Assembly (NCBI GenBank): GCA_964535515.1
Contig: CAZHTA010000001.1
Span: forward strand, 49,707-113,706
Direction of reading: 5' to 3'
Length of the DNA: 64,000 bases
Source: an uncultured Gammaproteobacteria bacterium
GTDB lineage: Bacteria; Patescibacteriota; Patescibacteriia; Magasanikbacterales; GWA2-37-8
Shown here: positions 20,601 through 29,248 of the stretch, piece by piece
Numbering within the stretch: the stretch's first letter is position 1
How the letters are laid out: each line of letters begins with the position of its first letter
Position numbers and translations under genes: made by a program
Notes under the pieces: model-generated
Database searches by the model: none
What the model was told of the DNA's origin: nothing
Seen by the model: the letters and a program-made list of their open reading frames with translations, nothing else

Positions 20601-21123
20601 TAATACCATACGCCCAATACAACCCCGTATTAAACCATTGCGGTGAATTAGGGGCGGTCATCTGTTTAACGATTGTAAAAACTAATTCATCATAAAAAAC
20701 CTGAGCATCATTGGCAGAAGCAAAATACCCAAACTTCTCTCCCCAATAACGCCAAGTGCCAGCGAGCCGATGAGCAACTTGCTTAACACTTTTTTCAGGA
20801 CCAAGCATGGGGGTCCCGTCAGCGTTAAGTTTCAAATTACCATCGGCGTCATATTGTGGTACACCGGCTTTACGAAAATATTTTTGTGCCAAAATATCAG
20901 TCGCTACTTGCGACCAAAAAACTGGTACTTCAACATCATTCATCTCAAAAATTATTCGACCACTTGTTTCACGAATAATGGAAGAACGTAGTTCGTATTG
21001 AAATAAATCATACGGACTTACTCCATCTTGGGTGAAGTGGCGCGTGAAGCGCAAACCATTTTCCGGAGAATATTTAAAGTCGTTATCGACTTTGTAAGTT
21101 TGCGTTGCCACGACAGTGTTCAT
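17680..21123 (-). CDS. nrdJ: ribonucleoside-diphosphate reductase, class II (adenosylcobalamin-dependent), long form with C-terminal zinc finger
   Basis: 1147 aa. NrdJ N-terminal region, active-site region HACFIQSV / SNPCSEY, C-terminal CSTCGH...CYKCLNCG. Confidence 0.9.
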   Translation of the reverse strand: MNTVVATQTYKVDNDFKYSPENGLRFTRHFTQDGVSPYDLFQYELRSSIIRETSGRIIFEMNDVEVPVFWSQVATDILAQKYFRKAGVPQYDADGNLKLNADGTPMLGPEKSVKQVAHRLAGTWRYWGEKFGYFASANDAQVFYDELVFTIVKQMTAPNSPQWFNTGLYWAYGINGPSQGHHFVDPTTGVLTAASDSYSHPQPHACFIQSVRDDLVNEGGIMDLWIREARLFKYGSGTGTNFSNLRGKGEKLSGGGTSSGLMSWLKIGDRAAGAIKSGGTTRRAAKMVILNIDHPDIEEFISWKVMEEKKVAALVAAGYDSSYESEAYQTVSGQNSNNSVRVNQAFLEAVESNTDWNLTWRTDGRSCKTLLARSLWDQIAHAAWACADPGLQFDTTINEWHTCPQSGTINGSNPCSEYMFLDNTACNLASINLAHFYDSETVTFDIPGFTYATRLWTVVLEISVLMAQYPSAEIAQGSYDYRTLGLGYANIGSLLMTAGIPYDSPSALAFAGSVTSLMTAESYATSAEMARLHGPFVKFEENRADMLRVMRNHRRATFGVSEDEYEGLSVKPLAIDPQYAPAYLLVAARESWNKALEMGEKYGYRNAQTTLLAPTGTIGLLMDCATTGVEPDFALVKFKKLSGGGYFKIVNEAVPMALKTLGYNESQINDVVNYLKGRATLKGCPGINLESLKAKGLKEEEVNKIEKSLAGVFEIAFAFNVWTLGEDCLKRLGFTSEQYNDQNFDLFAALGFTREEVSIANEYVCGAMTIEGAPHLRQEHYAVFDTANKNGKKGERYIHYLGHIRMMAAVQPFLSGAISKTINMPNEATEEDIKIAYNASWKLCLKAIAIYRDGCKLSQPLSSKSKEKAEDKKEEKAVEAAAEIAPAPVAVAPTHSDSQMQVNYAHDGSENGRKVYIHGEQRKMPYKRSGLTIKAKVGGQKLFLRTGEYPDGKLGEVFIDMYKEGASFRSLLNLFAISISTGLQYGIPLEEYVDKFTFTRFEPSGMTDHPNIKLSTSIVDFIFRVLGMEYLGRTDFVQVKPTGIQKNRAEQLAKLMAEATGQKTLELPEIKEEIDGEVEKEKIILKDETATKDQLALFKKEVADSGADQQLSGMMGDAPPCSTCGHITIRSGSCYKCLNCGSTTGCS

Positions 21124-21368
21124 ATATTTAAGATGAATTTTTTTAAAATTATTTTAATATATTACTAGATTGCTTTAATCTCAGAAAAAGCCACAATTTG
21201 TGCTCAGAAAACTTTTAGACCACAATATGTTGTGTAACAGCTAAAGCTCATTCATTATATCATACTCGTCAAACTGCTACCAACAAACTGCTTTTTAATG
21301 CATTTTTAGATAAAAAAACAAGGTTGAGACTCCCCCTTGCAAAAGTTATCCACAGAACTTTTTCTTGT

Positions 21369-21842
21369 TTACTCTTCTTTGTCTAACCCAAGCGAAGCCA
21401 AAATAGCTGACACCCTCTTTTCTGCTTCACTTTCTAATATTTGTCGGTCCCTAATCTGCCCCTCATCCTCCAAAACAGTAATTTCCTCGGCCAACAAAGC
21501 CACCCGCAAATCTGATAGTTCACCTCTTAAGCCCGCCAGCTTACTTTTTAGATTTGCCACGTTCTGCTGATCACGCTCTACCGAAGGGATTGATTCGTCG
21601 GCATTTAGTGCCAACTGCGCTCGAATCGCCTGGACAGCCTTAATCACCGCCTGCATATTGGCCAAGATATTCTGCATCTGTTGTTTGGTACTTTTAACCT
21701 CTTTCGATACCTGTTCTGCTCGTTCTCGAGCCGCCATCTTCTTCTCCTGTGCTTCCATCGCCGCTTCTTTAGACTCTTGACCTACCTCAAAACTCTCGGA
21801 GCGAGGGCGATTAAAATTTTCAATTTCGTTGTTAGGTGACAT
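21369..21842 (-). CDS. coiled-coil hypothetical protein
   Basis: About 157 aa, Q/E/K/A-rich heptad-like sequence. TTGTCA-18-TATAAT promoter at 21864-21893 on the minus strand just upstream. Confidence 0.5.
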   Translation of the reverse strand: MSPNNEIENFNRPRSESFEVGQESKEAAMEAQEKKMAARERAEQVSKEVKSTKQQMQNILANMQAVIKAVQAIRAQLALNADESIPSVERDQQNVANLKSKLAGLRGELSDLRVALLAEEITVLEDEGQIRDRQILESEAEKRVSAILASLGLDKEE

Positions 21843-21949
21843 ACACAAATATTTTATTAACTAATTATATCACCACTCTTCTCTCATTGACAACTGCAAA
21901 AAACAATGATTAGATAATACTGAACCACCAATGCCTCAGGAGGCACCAA

Positions 21950-22183
21950 ATGGCAACGGTCGACAGACACCCCACCGGCGCACATCGACAGTCGTACAGC
22001 GACAACCGGAACCATCTGTTCGAGCGGCGCAAGAAGAAGCGGGCCAACGCTGCCGCACGAGCGAAGATCCCCCTCGAGCGGCGCCTCGCGGCCGAGAAGG
22101 CCTGGCGCAACATGCCGGGTGGCGTCCTGCCGAGCTTCGCACGGCCGGAACAGACCCACTACATGTCGCGGTATGGGTACTAG
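21950..22183 (+). CDS. small basic protein (77 aa), high-GC island 3
   Basis: AGGAGG 7 nt upstream of ATG. Sensible composition. The overlapping 131-aa ORF in another frame is R/P/A junk. Confidence 0.5.
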   Translation: MATVDRHPTGAHRQSYSDNRNHLFERRKKKRANAAARAKIPLERRLAAEKAWRNMPGGVLPSFARPEQTHYMSRYGY

Positions 22184-22359
22184 ACCAGAGCACCCAACGT
22201 GCACTACACTCCTCCCGACCTAGGGCATTCCACTATGCCCGAGATCACAGGAACTCCCGTTCCTGCTTCGATCTCAAAAGCAAAAAATATTTTTTTACTT
22301 TTGAGAAAGCAGGAACAAAACAATAGGACAATTCGCATATATGCGAATTGTTTTTTAAT

Positions 22360-22390
22360 CTTTACAATAAAAACTCGAAAGCATATAATA
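22360..22390 (+). promoter_or_regulatory. ruvB promoter TTTACA-17-TATAAT, with the 20-bp palindrome aattcgcatatatgcgaatt just upstream (22331-22350)
   Basis: Read directly. The ATG at 22399 sits about 3 nt after the predicted TSS, so the mRNA would be leaderless. Confidence 0.5.
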
Positions 22391-22398
22391 TCTCTACT

Positions 22399-23427
22399 AT
22401 GACCGATACTGACGACCGCCTAGTGGCGGCAGAAGAAAATACGGAAGAGACTTTCTTAGACCGAGCGCTCCGCCCTGAGACCTTAGGTGATTTTATTGGC
22501 CAAAATAATATTAAGCAGAACTTAGAGGTGGCCCTGACCGCTACTAAAAATCGCGGCGACGTTTTAGAACATATCATGCTCTATGGCAACCCTGGTCTAG
22601 GAAAAACCACCCTCGCTCACATCATCGCCCGTGAAATGGGTAGTAATATTAAAATCATCGCTGGTCCAACTTTAGAAAAAGTTGGTGATCTAGCTGCCAT
22701 CCTATCTAACCTTCAGCAAGGCGACATCTTGTTTATCGATGAAATCCACCGCTTAAACAAAACTATCGCTGAGGTCCTCTACCCGGCCCTAGAAGATTTT
22801 GTCTTAGACATCATAATCGGCCAAGGACCAGCTGCTCGCACTATCCGTATGCCAATTGCTCCATTTACCCTGATTGGCGCTACCACAAAGATGAGCTTGC
22901 TACCTGGACCACTACGCGATCGCTTTGGGCATGTGTACCATTTAAATTTTTACGAACCAGAAGAGATTGAAACTATTGTCGGCAGAAGTGCTAAGTTGTT
23001 ACAAATAACAATTGAACCAACCGCCGTAAAATTAATCTCCACTCGTGCCAGGCGCACACCTCGTATTGCCAACCGACTTTTAAAACGTGTTCGCGATTAT
23101 GCCGAAGTACATACGGATGCTGTAATCAACGAAACCTCTGCTCTTGGCGCTTTAGAAATGTTAGCAATTGACGAATTAGGCCTAGACGAAATTGATCGCC
23201 ATCTTTTAAATACCTTAATTGAAAAATTTAATGGTGGACCAACCGGCCTAAACACTTTAGCGGCGTCTGTAGCCGAAGAAATGGATACCATTGAAACCGT
23301 CTACGAACCATACCTTTTACAGTTAGGATTTTTAGAACGTACCCCCCGCGGACGTAAAGCTTCACCCGCTGCTTACAAACATTTAGGGCATATTGTCCCA
23401 CCGGGACAAACTAATGCTAATTATTAA
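22399..23427 (+). CDS. ruvB: Holliday junction branch migration helicase RuvB
   Basis: Walker A GNPGLGKTTLA, sensor and RuvB C-terminal domain. The ORF-track start at 22348 lies inside the promoter, so start moved to 22399. Confidence 0.93.
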   Translation: MTDTDDRLVAAEENTEETFLDRALRPETLGDFIGQNNIKQNLEVALTATKNRGDVLEHIMLYGNPGLGKTTLAHIIAREMGSNIKIIAGPTLEKVGDLAAILSNLQQGDILFIDEIHRLNKTIAEVLYPALEDFVLDIIIGQGPAARTIRMPIAPFTLIGATTKMSLLPGPLRDRFGHVYHLNFYEPEEIETIVGRSAKLLQITIEPTAVKLISTRARRTPRIANRLLKRVRDYAEVHTDAVINETSALGALEMLAIDELGLDEIDRHLLNTLIEKFNGGPTGLNTLAASVAEEMDTIETVYEPYLLQLGFLERTPRGRKASPAAYKHLGHIVPPGQTNANY

Positions 23428-23430
23428 AAT

Positions 23431-23691
23431 ATGATCGCCATCCCTCTCTACGTTTTTCTTTTTATCTACTTTGCCTTTCTGTTAGTATTTGCGATTTTTA
23501 CAATTATAAACTTCGGACACATTTTCCAAACCGGCGGTATCACCTTCACTAGCTTTATTGTTACGGCCATAATTTTAATATTGACTGCCTTTGTCCTTTT
23601 CTTCACTTGGTTCTTATTGCAAAATGTAAACTGGACAGAAACCTGGCAAATTACTAACTGGTTTAGTAATGGTTCAAATAACCTTTTTTAA
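23431..23691 (+). CDS. small membrane protein (86 aa, 2-3 TM)
   Basis: Hydrophobic ORF immediately after ruvB. Confidence 0.45.
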   Translation: MIAIPLYVFLFIYFAFLLVFAIFTIINFGHIFQTGGITFTSFIVTAIILILTAFVLFFTWFLLQNVNWTETWQITNWFSNGSNNLF

Positions 23692-23694
23692 AAT

Positions 23695-24240
23695 ATGAAC
23701 CTAATTAATTTCATCCATAAAAAATCTTACGAAAAAATTGTTAAAACCGTCCGTCGTGATCCAATTACTTTTGTACCATACATTATTGTCTTCTTACTAA
23801 CAATGTTAGTACCAGTTGGAGTGTTATGGTTAATCAACACTATGTTCCCTGGTCTACTAGTTGGAGCCATCTCCTATCCACTTGTCGTACTTTTCGCCAG
23901 CGCTTACTACCTTTGTCTTTTTCTTTTCTTTTACTCCTACTTTGTTGCTTTCTATTTAGACATGTGGGTAATCACCAACGATCGCTTAATTGACGTTCGT
24001 CAGATTAGTCTATTTGCTAAATCAATTGCCGAACTTGATCTTTATCAAATTCAAGACGCCACCTCTGATGTTAAAGGTTTTTTTGCTTCCGTATTTAATT
24101 ATGGTAATGTTAATTTGCAAACCGCTGGCTCCGTACCTAAGTTCATTATTTACAACACTCCTGATCCACACGCCTTAAGACAACTCATCCTTGACCTCGC
24201 AGCTGAAGACAAACGATACCACGCGAGCCAGAAGAAATAG
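23695..24240 (+). CDS. membrane protein with bacterial PH-like (bPH_2/YdbS-like) domain
   Basis: Two N-terminal TM helices, then WVITNDRLIDVRQ...YQIQD pattern typical of membrane-anchored bPH proteins. Confidence 0.5.
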   Translation: MNLINFIHKKSYEKIVKTVRRDPITFVPYIIVFLLTMLVPVGVLWLINTMFPGLLVGAISYPLVVLFASAYYLCLFLFFYSYFVAFYLDMWVITNDRLIDVRQISLFAKSIAELDLYQIQDATSDVKGFFASVFNYGNVNLQTAGSVPKFIIYNTPDPHALRQLILDLAAEDKRYHASQKK

Positions 24241-24246
24241 GACAAA

Positions 24247-24277
24247 AAAATCCCGACACAATCGGGATTTTTAATTT
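24247..24277 (+). terminator. terminator
   Basis: aaaaatcccgacacaatcgggatttttaatttt. Confidence 0.6.
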
Positions 24278-24288
24278 TACTTAAAATT

Positions 24289-26379
24289 TTAATATACCCT
24301 CTCCACCCCAACACCCGTGTAATAGTACTTAAGTAGCTGATCATATGTCCAACTATCTTCGGCCGCTCTCCTAGAAGCGTCATAAGCACTCATACCCACG
24401 CCATGACCAAACATACTTTTGCCTTGATCATAAATACAATCAACTGGTTGTAACCACGGTTTGTCTGTACCACCCCACACTTCTTTCCAACCTCTTGTCT
24501 TGCCGTTAGAATTACCAAAGTATGGTGTGGTAACTGGATTATTATTGTAAGTCACCATCTCACCATAAGTGGCCTGAGCGGCCTGTACTACTCTTGGCAT
24601 CAATACTTCTGAGTTATATCCTAAATACAATTGATCAACAGTCGTGGGAAAAACATCAAAACTTGGTTGAGCCGAAGAAACACTCATTCGAATATTGTTG
24701 TAAGCATAACTACGAGCGGCCACTAATATTGCTTTGATATATTCCATCGCTGCACCATTAGAGGTTTCACCAATACCAGCAATGTATGCATCTAGTGGTA
24801 ACTCGTTGATAACATAAGGCAAAGCGCTCTTTGGAGAATATACATACTCTAGCGTACCGCGATATATATTAAAGTTTTTGTTTCCCTTCCAAGAAACCAA
24901 CCTCTCATAGTTTGTTAAAGTAAAATATGCTTCTTTGTTACTAGATACTAAGCGAATAAAACTATGACCGGAAAACTCTATTGCCCCACCAAGAAAATTA
25001 TACACTCCTTGTGAGTACGATAGTGTTGCTAGCTCATTTGGTTCCAACCAACCTTTAGAAATATTATCAGCAAAAACTTCATAACGAAAATTAGCTTTAA
25101 ACTTTACTGCCTCAGCAGTCTTGTAAAGTCCCACCCGAATATTTGGTTCACTAATTAAAGCGCGAGCAGTCTGCCAAGTTGTTTCTTGATAATCACTTGG
25201 CGCATCAACTAAAACTTTAACTGGCAATTCTAAAGTACCACCGCTCGTGGTATGATCATTGGCGACTAACTGAAAACGTAAAATGTAATTGCCTGCTAGA
25301 CGTGGAGCACGAAACGTAAAACCAAACTCTAGTGGATCGCCTGGTTTTATTATATTGCTCCCCGCTTCAATCAATTTACGTGACTGCCAGCTAGGAGAAG
25401 AAATATTTAGAGCCGAAGAATTATCTAACGCCACACTACCTGCTTCCTGCCAAATATATTTACTCCACTCTTTTGTACCGTCGTTAGTATAGCGAACAAT
25501 AAAATTCACATCATTCCCACCTTGAGCAACCTCGACATTACGCGATGAAAAAGCTAACAGGTGTGATTTGTATTCACCTGAGTCTGCGGCCACCTCTACT
25601 GCCCCCGCTGAGTTACCACTGGCACTAGTGCTGTCGCTAACTGTTGTGTCATTACTTTTTGCTACTCCATTTATCTTTTCTCTCGTTGCCAAATCTAAAA
25701 TACCAGTTTGACTAAGCTTGTTTGCTTTCTGATATTGAATAAGAGACGCTTTAGTAACCGAACCAAAGTAATTGGTAATGTAAGGGTGAGTAAAATATCC
25801 CAGATTCTTTAAAAACTTTTGTAGCTCGCTCACCGCATTATCTGTCATCCCTAGACTTAGTGTCTTAGTAAACACTGTCGTCGCCGATACTGCTGCTTTT
25901 TTAGCTACTTTAATTTTCAAGAAAAAATATGATCCTTGAATCCAAGTATGATTTTCTGCAACTAAGTAAAATCTTTCAGTGTAATCTCCCAACTTAGTTG
26001 GTGCTCTTAATAATATTTTAAACTCACCAATCGCCCCAGGCTTAGTATCAGCTTTTAACTTAGCGGGCTGATCATTGTGCACCCAACTAGCCTGATCAAA
26101 AAAAACACTCGCCCGATAATTTGGATCAACTGTATAAACCGAAACATAGTTAGTACCAGTTGCTTTCCAAATGGTCTTACCGGTATTTTTAATTTTTAAA
26201 ACAACTTCTTTGGCACTACCAGCTTCAATCGAAACTGGATCCGCGACTGATTGACTTACATACTTACCGGCATAATCTTTGTCCTTAAACGTGGGTATCT
26301 CAAACTCCGCCGCTGATACGGTGGGAATAAAAAAGAAAACAGTAAAGATAGCAACAAATATCAAAAAAAGTCTTTTCAT
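24289..26379 (-). CDS. secreted SpoIID/LytB-domain protein with peptidoglycan-binding domain
   Basis: Signal peptide. PG_binding_1-like LQKFLKNLGY...QKANKLSQTGILD. C-terminal SpoIID motif GHGVGMS. Confidence 0.75.
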   Translation of the reverse strand: MKRLFLIFVAIFTVFFFIPTVSAAEFEIPTFKDKDYAGKYVSQSVADPVSIEAGSAKEVVLKIKNTGKTIWKATGTNYVSVYTVDPNYRASVFFDQASWVHNDQPAKLKADTKPGAIGEFKILLRAPTKLGDYTERFYLVAENHTWIQGSYFFLKIKVAKKAAVSATTVFTKTLSLGMTDNAVSELQKFLKNLGYFTHPYITNYFGSVTKASLIQYQKANKLSQTGILDLATREKINGVAKSNDTTVSDSTSASGNSAGAVEVAADSGEYKSHLLAFSSRNVEVAQGGNDVNFIVRYTNDGTKEWSKYIWQEAGSVALDNSSALNISSPSWQSRKLIEAGSNIIKPGDPLEFGFTFRAPRLAGNYILRFQLVANDHTTSGGTLELPVKVLVDAPSDYQETTWQTARALISEPNIRVGLYKTAEAVKFKANFRYEVFADNISKGWLEPNELATLSYSQGVYNFLGGAIEFSGHSFIRLVSSNKEAYFTLTNYERLVSWKGNKNFNIYRGTLEYVYSPKSALPYVINELPLDAYIAGIGETSNGAAMEYIKAILVAARSYAYNNIRMSVSSAQPSFDVFPTTVDQLYLGYNSEVLMPRVVQAAQATYGEMVTYNNNPVTTPYFGNSNGKTRGWKEVWGGTDKPWLQPVDCIYDQGKSMFGHGVGMSAYDASRRAAEDSWTYDQLLKYYYTGVGVERVY

Positions 26380-26474
26380 AAAAAATATAGTTCCTATCTA
26401 TTATACCATACTTTCAAACCACGCCTTTTTATTGAAAAAAAACAGTTTTTAAGATATACTTAACTCAGAAAAAT

Positions 26475-27914
26475 ATGGAAACATTACATAAAATTGCTCG
26501 TAATACGGGCTTTCAAATTGGTGGGAAGATTATTAGCACAACCCTAGGGATTGCGGCCGTTATGGTAATGACCCGACATTTAGGGGTAGAGCAGTTTGGT
26601 TGGTACACCACTGCCGTTGGATTTTTGCAGTTTATTGGCTTACTATCTGATTTTGGTTTTACGGTCACTACTGCCCACATGTTATCTGAACCGGCATTTG
26701 AAAAAAACAAATTGTTTAATACTCTTTTTACCTGGCGCTTTTTAACTGCCTTGCTATTTAATGGCTTGGCTCCAGTTTTTATTCTTTTCTTCCCTTACCC
26801 AACACCAGTAAAGATAGCGGTGATAATCGCGGCAGTTTCTTTCTTCGCCCTTTCATTAAACCAAGCTTTCATTGGTTATTACCAAGCAAAAGTAAAAACC
26901 AATTTTATTGCCATTGGAGAAATAATCGGCAGAGTGGTTTTGTTAGTCGGCGTGGTGCTGGCTTTTTACTTTAACTGGAGCTTCTTGTGGATTATGGTCA
27001 TAGTGGCCCTAGGTTCAATCGCCAACCTCATTTACTTGTGGAACAAAAGCGAACCAATACGATTTTCTTTAGACAAAGAAATCTCTAAAGCAATCTATAA
27101 AAAAATCTGGCCCAACGCTACTGCTGTTATTTTCAATTCCTTCTATCTACAAGGCGATCGCGTGATCTTACCTCTTTTTGTTTCTCAGACATTAGTTGGT
27201 CTCTACGGTGCTGCTTATCGAGTACTCGACATTGTTATCCAAATTGCCACTTTAATAATGGGGATAATGTTGCCATTAATCACTTTCTCTTGGTCACGCA
27301 ACCATCTACAAGAATTTAAAGAACGCTATCAATTGGCGATAAACATAAGCGCTTTAATATTATTCCCTATTTTGGTCGGTATTGTAATTAAAGCCGAACC
27401 AATCATGAACTTCGTTGCCAGTGAAAAATTTATTGGTTCTGGTAATATTTTACGCTACCTCGCCTTATCAATTCTCGGCATTTGCTTTGGCGTAACTTTT
27501 GGCTACACTGCACTAGCGCTCAATCGCCAACGCCAAGCACTCTGGATCTATGGTAGCAATGCAATTTTAAGTATCATTGGATATTTTGTCTTTATCCCCC
27601 GCTTTGGTATTTGGGGAGCAGTTGGTGTAACTATATTCTCCGAAATATATTCTGGGTTGTTATTATTCATCCTAGTAACAGTAGCCAGTAAAACTCTCCC
27701 TAAAATTTTTACTTTAATAAAAATCACTCTGGCTAGCATATTAATGGGTTTAATATTGCTTAAATTTCCAACCAACTCTTTACTGGTAAGCATTTTAATT
27801 GGTGTCTTGTCATATGGAATCCTAGTCTTAGGCTTAAGGATAATCTCCTGGAAGACAATAAAAACAATTTTACTACCCACAACGTTTGCTGAAAACCAGG
27901 AAAATGGGTTATAA
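26475..27914 (+). CDS. polysaccharide/lipid-linked oligosaccharide flippase (Wzx/MOP superfamily)
   Basis: 479 aa, about 12-14 TM, typical Wzx N-terminus. Confidence 0.75.
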   Translation: METLHKIARNTGFQIGGKIISTTLGIAAVMVMTRHLGVEQFGWYTTAVGFLQFIGLLSDFGFTVTTAHMLSEPAFEKNKLFNTLFTWRFLTALLFNGLAPVFILFFPYPTPVKIAVIIAAVSFFALSLNQAFIGYYQAKVKTNFIAIGEIIGRVVLLVGVVLAFYFNWSFLWIMVIVALGSIANLIYLWNKSEPIRFSLDKEISKAIYKKIWPNATAVIFNSFYLQGDRVILPLFVSQTLVGLYGAAYRVLDIVIQIATLIMGIMLPLITFSWSRNHLQEFKERYQLAINISALILFPILVGIVIKAEPIMNFVASEKFIGSGNILRYLALSILGICFGVTFGYTALALNRQRQALWIYGSNAILSIIGYFVFIPRFGIWGAVGVTIFSEIYSGLLLFILVTVASKTLPKIFTLIKITLASILMGLILLKFPTNSLLVSILIGVLSYGILVLGLRIISWKTIKTILLPTTFAENQENGL

Positions 27915-27943
27915 TACTAAAAGATTATTAAATAAAAAAATAT

Positions 27944-28996
27944 ATGGACTTTGCCAAAATTCGCAATTACCTTTTCTTGGGATTACTATTAATCGTAACC
28001 CTAGCGTTCTTCTCAACCATCAAAGTATTTGCCTACCCCATATTTTGGGCGATGGTAATAGCAGCAATATTTTATCCACTCTACAAATGGTTAAATACCA
28101 AATTAAAACACCCTGATTTAAGTTCCACAATTACTCTAATTACAGTATTTTTAGTAATCGTTATTCCTTTCAGCATTTTAGGAACATTAATAATCAAACA
28201 ATCCGTTGACCTCTACTCTTCTATTAACGGAAATCGCGGACAAATACTTCAAGCCGTTCAAGATACTACCCGCTGGATACAAAACAATCCAATAACTAAA
28301 CAACTAAATTTTGATGATGCCTTTTGGGTAGAAAAGTTTTCTCAATTTACCCAAACAGTCACCACTTTCTTAATCAACTCAGCCACTGCTTTCACCCAAA
28401 ACTCAGTGACTTTTATTATCATGTTCATCGTCATGTTTTATGCGCTCTTCTTCTTTTTGCGTGACGGTGAAAAACTATTACATAAATTAATGCACCTTTG
28501 CCCACTAGGTGATCGCTATGAACAAAAACTTTACGACCGTTTTACCTCCACTGCTCGTGCTACTATTAAAGGAAACTTGATCCTAGGAGCAATCCAGGGC
28601 GGACTAGGCGTACTACTGTTTGCCTTAACCGGAATACCCGGAGCACTTATCTGGGGTATAATCATGATGTTGTTTTGTGTGATCCCTGGTCTTGGATCTT
28701 TTATCGTCTGGTTTCCAATCGGATTAATCACTCTTCTAACTGGTAATACCTGGCAAGGGGTAGTGATCTTATCGGTAGGCGCTTTACTTATTAGCACCAT
28801 CGACAATTTCTTACGACCAGTATTGGTGGGCAAAGATATCCAAATGCATCCACTACTCGTGCTCTTCTCTACCCTAGGTGGTATCGTCGTATTTGGTGCT
28901 TCTGGCTTTGTTATTGGCCCAATCATCGCTGCCCTATTTATGGCCTTCTGGGATATGTATGAGGAATACTATCGTAGTGAGTTGAATAACAACTAA
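27944..28996 (+). CDS. AI-2E family transporter (PerM/YdiK-like)
   Basis: 350 aa, 8 TM, conserved region GAIQGGLG...IPGLGSFIVWFP...DNFLRP. Confidence 0.8.
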   Translation: MDFAKIRNYLFLGLLLIVTLAFFSTIKVFAYPIFWAMVIAAIFYPLYKWLNTKLKHPDLSSTITLITVFLVIVIPFSILGTLIIKQSVDLYSSINGNRGQILQAVQDTTRWIQNNPITKQLNFDDAFWVEKFSQFTQTVTTFLINSATAFTQNSVTFIIMFIVMFYALFFFLRDGEKLLHKLMHLCPLGDRYEQKLYDRFTSTARATIKGNLILGAIQGGLGVLLFALTGIPGALIWGIIMMLFCVIPGLGSFIVWFPIGLITLLTGNTWQGVVILSVGALLISTIDNFLRPVLVGKDIQMHPLLVLFSTLGGIVVFGASGFVIGPIIAALFMAFWDMYEEYYRSELNNN

Positions 28997-29045
28997 GAGC
29001 TTAAAAACTGCTAACAAAAAAACAAACAAAAATATCAGATAAAAT

Positions 29046-29075
29046 AAAAAATGACCAATTGGTCATTTTTTATTT
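29046..29075. terminator. bidirectional terminator
   Basis: aaaaatgaccaattggtcatttttt perfect palindrome. Confidence 0.6.
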
Positions 29076-29076
29076 G

Positions 29077-29150
29077 TTGCGGGGCCCGGATTTGAACCGG
29101 GAACCTCAAGGTTATGGGCCTTGCGAGCTGCCTGGTTGCTCTACCCCGCG
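29077..29150 (-). tRNA. tRNA-Met (anticodon CAT), initiator-like, CCA not encoded
   Basis: Minus strand cgcggggtagagcaaccaggcagctcgcaaggcccataaccttgaggttcccggttcaaatccgggccccgcaa. Close to E. coli tRNA-fMet, including the C1:A72 mismatch. Confidence 0.8.
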
Positions 29151-29248
29151 ATGTAATCTGCACCCCATTATACTTGATTTTTTAATTTTGTCAACCCACA
29201 TTACTAAAAAACCTTTTATTTGATATAATAGAACCAAATAAAATATAT

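Noticed and set aside
17680-21123. Possible intein in the 1147-aa NrdJ
   Set aside because: No intein block motifs such as a Cys/Ser start with a terminal HN. The extra length is the known C-terminal extension of long NrdJ forms.
21931-22326. 131-aa ORF overlapping the 77-aa island 3 gene
   Set aside because: No SD. R/P/A-rich off-frame composition. The 77-aa frame has a perfect AGGAGG.
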